The notes beneath the pieces were generated by a model. The model did no database searches and was not told the origin of the DNA. It saw only the letters and a list, made by a program, of their open reading frames with translations. Shown here piece by piece: positions 1 through 1,228 of a stretch of DNA of 1,228 bases. A program made the position numbers and the translations under genes. This DNA comes from Naegleria gruberi (taxonomy: Eukaryota). How positions within the stretch are numbered: the stretch's first letter is position 1; each line of letters begins with the position of its first letter. The stretch lies in NCBI GenBank assembly GCA_000004985.1, contig GG739492.1; one strand, given 5' to 3'.

Positions 1-181
1 CGGTTGTAATTGTTTAAAATTACACTAACACATAGTATCATCCTTAATGAACTTCAACTCCTAGTCGTCTCATCCCACCTGTTATCACACCTTAAACAAA
101 TGTTTAATTAAAAGAGCTCCATTTGGAAGAGTGGGATTTCGTTGGTTGAGGAATTTCGTTATGGCAGTTTTCCAGCCCCAG

Positions 182-343
182 AAAAAAAAAGAACATTTTT
201 CTCTCTAATAAAGAGATAGCAGTTACCATTTTTTCCCGCGTCGTAAAAATTACAAGTTCAAAAAAAAATTCATCAAGGCTTGTATATTGTTCGCTTCCTC
301 TAAGGAGAGATAACCACCCACCACCATCATTATTTATTTTTTT
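182..343 (+). promoter_or_regulatory. Putative yeast-type promoter region. It contains two poly(dA) tracts (182-190 and 260-268), TATA-like TATATT (283-288), a CA-rich block CACCCACCACCATCAT (314-330) and a T-tract (337-343).
   Basis: It lies upstream of ATG 381. Stops are dense in all frames of 1-150. Homopolymeric dA:dT tracts are classic nucleosome-excluding elements of yeast promoters. The TATA-like element sits ~95 nt upstream of the ATG. No transcription start data are available, so this is positional inference only. Confidence 0.3.
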
Positions 344-380
344 GGATGATTTTATTGTTCTTGTTGGGAATATTTAAAGA

Positions 381-873
381 ATGATGAATGATAATGCTCC
401 ATTTAAGATTCAGCCCATGCTGGATAAAGTAACAACACTCATCATGATGCAATCTATTTTAACGCCTTCAATATCAGACTTGGAAAGTGATCCCTATCTA
501 CGAAAAGCACTTGTTCAATTACCTCAAGACAAGTGGTCCTTATCTAAACAAGATATTAATACTAGTAAATTAGCCTTGGAAAGTGTTGGAATTGTAGATT
601 GTTTTGAGGGTGTTATAAGATATAACAAGATGAGTAATAATGTAGTAATATCTCCAAAGAAATTTATGGATATTTTGAAGGTTACTGGAGAAGCTCTTCC
701 TTATAAAGTGTTATTAATTGATAATGATGTTAATAACATTAAAAGTGCTAAGGAAGTTGGCATTTTAACTTGCCATGTTGTTCAAGGCTCTAGTGGAGTC
801 CCTATTCAGAACACGGTAGATTTTCAAATAGACACCATATATCATGTACAGACCGAGCTTAGAGATTTAAAGA
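381..873 (+). CDS. Exon 1 of a HAD-superfamily hydrolase-like protein (SDT1 / pyrimidine 5'-nucleotidase-like fold). Motif I (DxDxT) is not recognisable, so it may be a pseudo-enzyme. The unspliced ORF as given in the track runs 381..920.
   Basis: This is the only long ORF in six frames. ATG 381 is the first ATG after an in-frame TAA at 375-377. The C-terminal segment YKVLLIDNDVNNIKSAKEVGILTCHVV (nt ~705-785) matches the general HAD motif IV pattern: a hydrophobic strand, D-x-D, then N-I-x-x-A-x-x-x-G-h-x-T. ISPKK (651-662) is a plausible motif III lysine, and W-S-L-S (~531-545) a plausible motif II Ser/Thr. From memory, DCFEGVIRY...ISPKK...LLIDND...GILTCHVV resembles the yeast SDT1/PHM8 C-terminal half, though I cannot verify residue-level identity here. 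Codon usage is yeast-like (AGA for Arg, CCA for Pro, TTA/TTG for Leu). After 873 the reading frame gives KFLLFIIILTISFE*, which looks like AT-rich non-coding read-through. Confidence 0.6.
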
Positions 874-949
874 GTAAGTTTTTATTATTTATAATTATAT
901 TAACAATATCATTTGAATAACCATCAATCATTTAACCATCAATAATTAG
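874..949 (+). other. Probable spliceosomal intron, phase 1, 76 nt with the first in-phase acceptor. Alternative acceptors would give 874..964 or 874..970.
   Basis: GTAAGT at 874-879 is a perfect 5' splice-site consensus. TATTAAC at 898-904 is one mismatch from the yeast TACTAAC branch consensus, and a second TTAAC lies at 932-936. The first YAG downstream is TAG at 947-949. AG dinucleotides ending at 949, 964 (CAG) and 970 (TAG) all restore the phase into the long open frame downstream. AGs ending at 951 and 959 do not. The interval is very AT-rich and contains the in-frame TAA (918-920) that ends the unspliced ORF. Confidence 0.45.
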
Positions 950-1228
950 AGTATAAAAGACCAGGTGTAGTGGAAGAAGAAGTAGCATCACCACTTGCAG
1001 TTAAGAATGATATTGTTAACACAAAATCAAAGTTAGCACCCAATAGTACAAACTTGGATAAAAGACCAACTATTGCACCTTCTATACTTCAAGAACCTAA
1101 AAAACAAACCCTTAAACCATCTCCAATCAATAGCAGGGCATCTCCAAAACCTGATAATGATCAAAATATGCCAATATCCCCTCAACCAAAAAAACCAGTA
1201 GAAAATATCAAATTGAATTCTATTGATG
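950..1228 (+). CDS. Probable exon 2 of the same gene, 3'-partial. It encodes a Pro/Ser/Lys-rich low-complexity C-terminal region that continues past the window end.
   Basis: The frame with codon starts 946, 949, ... is open from 946 to 1228 (93 codons, no stop). It has no in-frame ATG until 1168-1170. In roughly one-third-GC DNA, a stop-free run this long is unlikely by chance (order 1e-3 or less). Joining 873|950 gives ...TELRDLK-K-YKRPGVVEEEVASPLAVKNDIVNTKSKLAPNSTNLDKRPTIAPSILQEPKKQTLKPSPINSRASPKPDNDQNMPISPQPKKPVENIKLNSID... Pro codons are overwhelmingly CCA/CCT, consistent with exon 1 usage. Confidence 0.4.

Noticed and set aside
21-29. TACACTAAC (contains ACTAAC, yeast branch-point-like)
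   Set aside because: No splice donor or coding context lies upstream within the window, so an intron call cannot be supported.
161-208. Short ORF ATG 161-163 (MAVFQPQKKKEHFSL*)
   Set aside because: It is 15 codons long, runs through a poly(A) tract and has no recognisable features. It could at most be a uORF, and nothing supports it.
207-212. AATAAA poly(A)-signal-like hexamer
   Set aside because: No upstream coding sequence lies in the window for it to terminate. AATAAA is expected by chance in AT-rich DNA and is not the dominant yeast 3'-end signal anyway.
303-308. AGGAGA, a Shine-Dalgarno-like hexamer
   Set aside because: It lies ~73 nt upstream of the ATG at 381, far outside RBS spacing. 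The locus otherwise looks eukaryotic. The sequence immediately before the ATG (GGGAATATTTAAAGA) has no good SD.
919-943. 10-nt perfect direct repeat AACCATCAAT at 919-928 and 934-943
   Set aside because: It lies inside the putative intron in low-complexity AT/CA-rich sequence. Short repeats like this arise easily by slippage. It has no spacer/repeat periodicity, so it is not CRISPR-like, and no TSD/TIR structure, so it is not transposon-like.
1-1228. Minus-strand coding potential, RNA genes, CRISPR arrays, mobile-element termini
   Set aside because: The ORF track shows no minus-strand ORFs. I found no tRNA-like cloverleaf candidates, no regularly spaced repeats, no inverted terminal repeats and no integrase/transposase-like coding.

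Overview
This AT-rich 1228-nt window looks like nuclear DNA from a budding-yeast-like eukaryote, not a prokaryote. The first ~380 nt are promoter-like non-coding sequence with two A9 tracts, a TATA-like element and a CA-rich block. A + strand gene follows. Its first exon (381..873) encodes a HAD-superfamily fold of the SDT1 / pyrimidine 5'-nucleotidase type. Motifs II-IV can be found, but the N-terminal catalytic DxDx(T/V) motif I is not present. The supplied ORF (381..920) very likely reads through a small phase-1 spliceosomal intron. The donor is GTAAGT at 874-879, branch-like TATTAAC lies at 898-904, and three in-phase AG acceptors end at 949, 964 and 970. Downstream, an ATG-less frame stays open from 946 to the 3' edge of the window (93 codons). 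It encodes a Pro/Ser/Lys-rich low-complexity tail, which is best explained as exon 2 of the same gene. I see no CRISPR array, RNA gene, mobile element or defence-system hallmark. The 'new system' framing is not supported. The noteworthy points are a HAD-like protein that may be catalytically dead and a splice that the ORF track missed.
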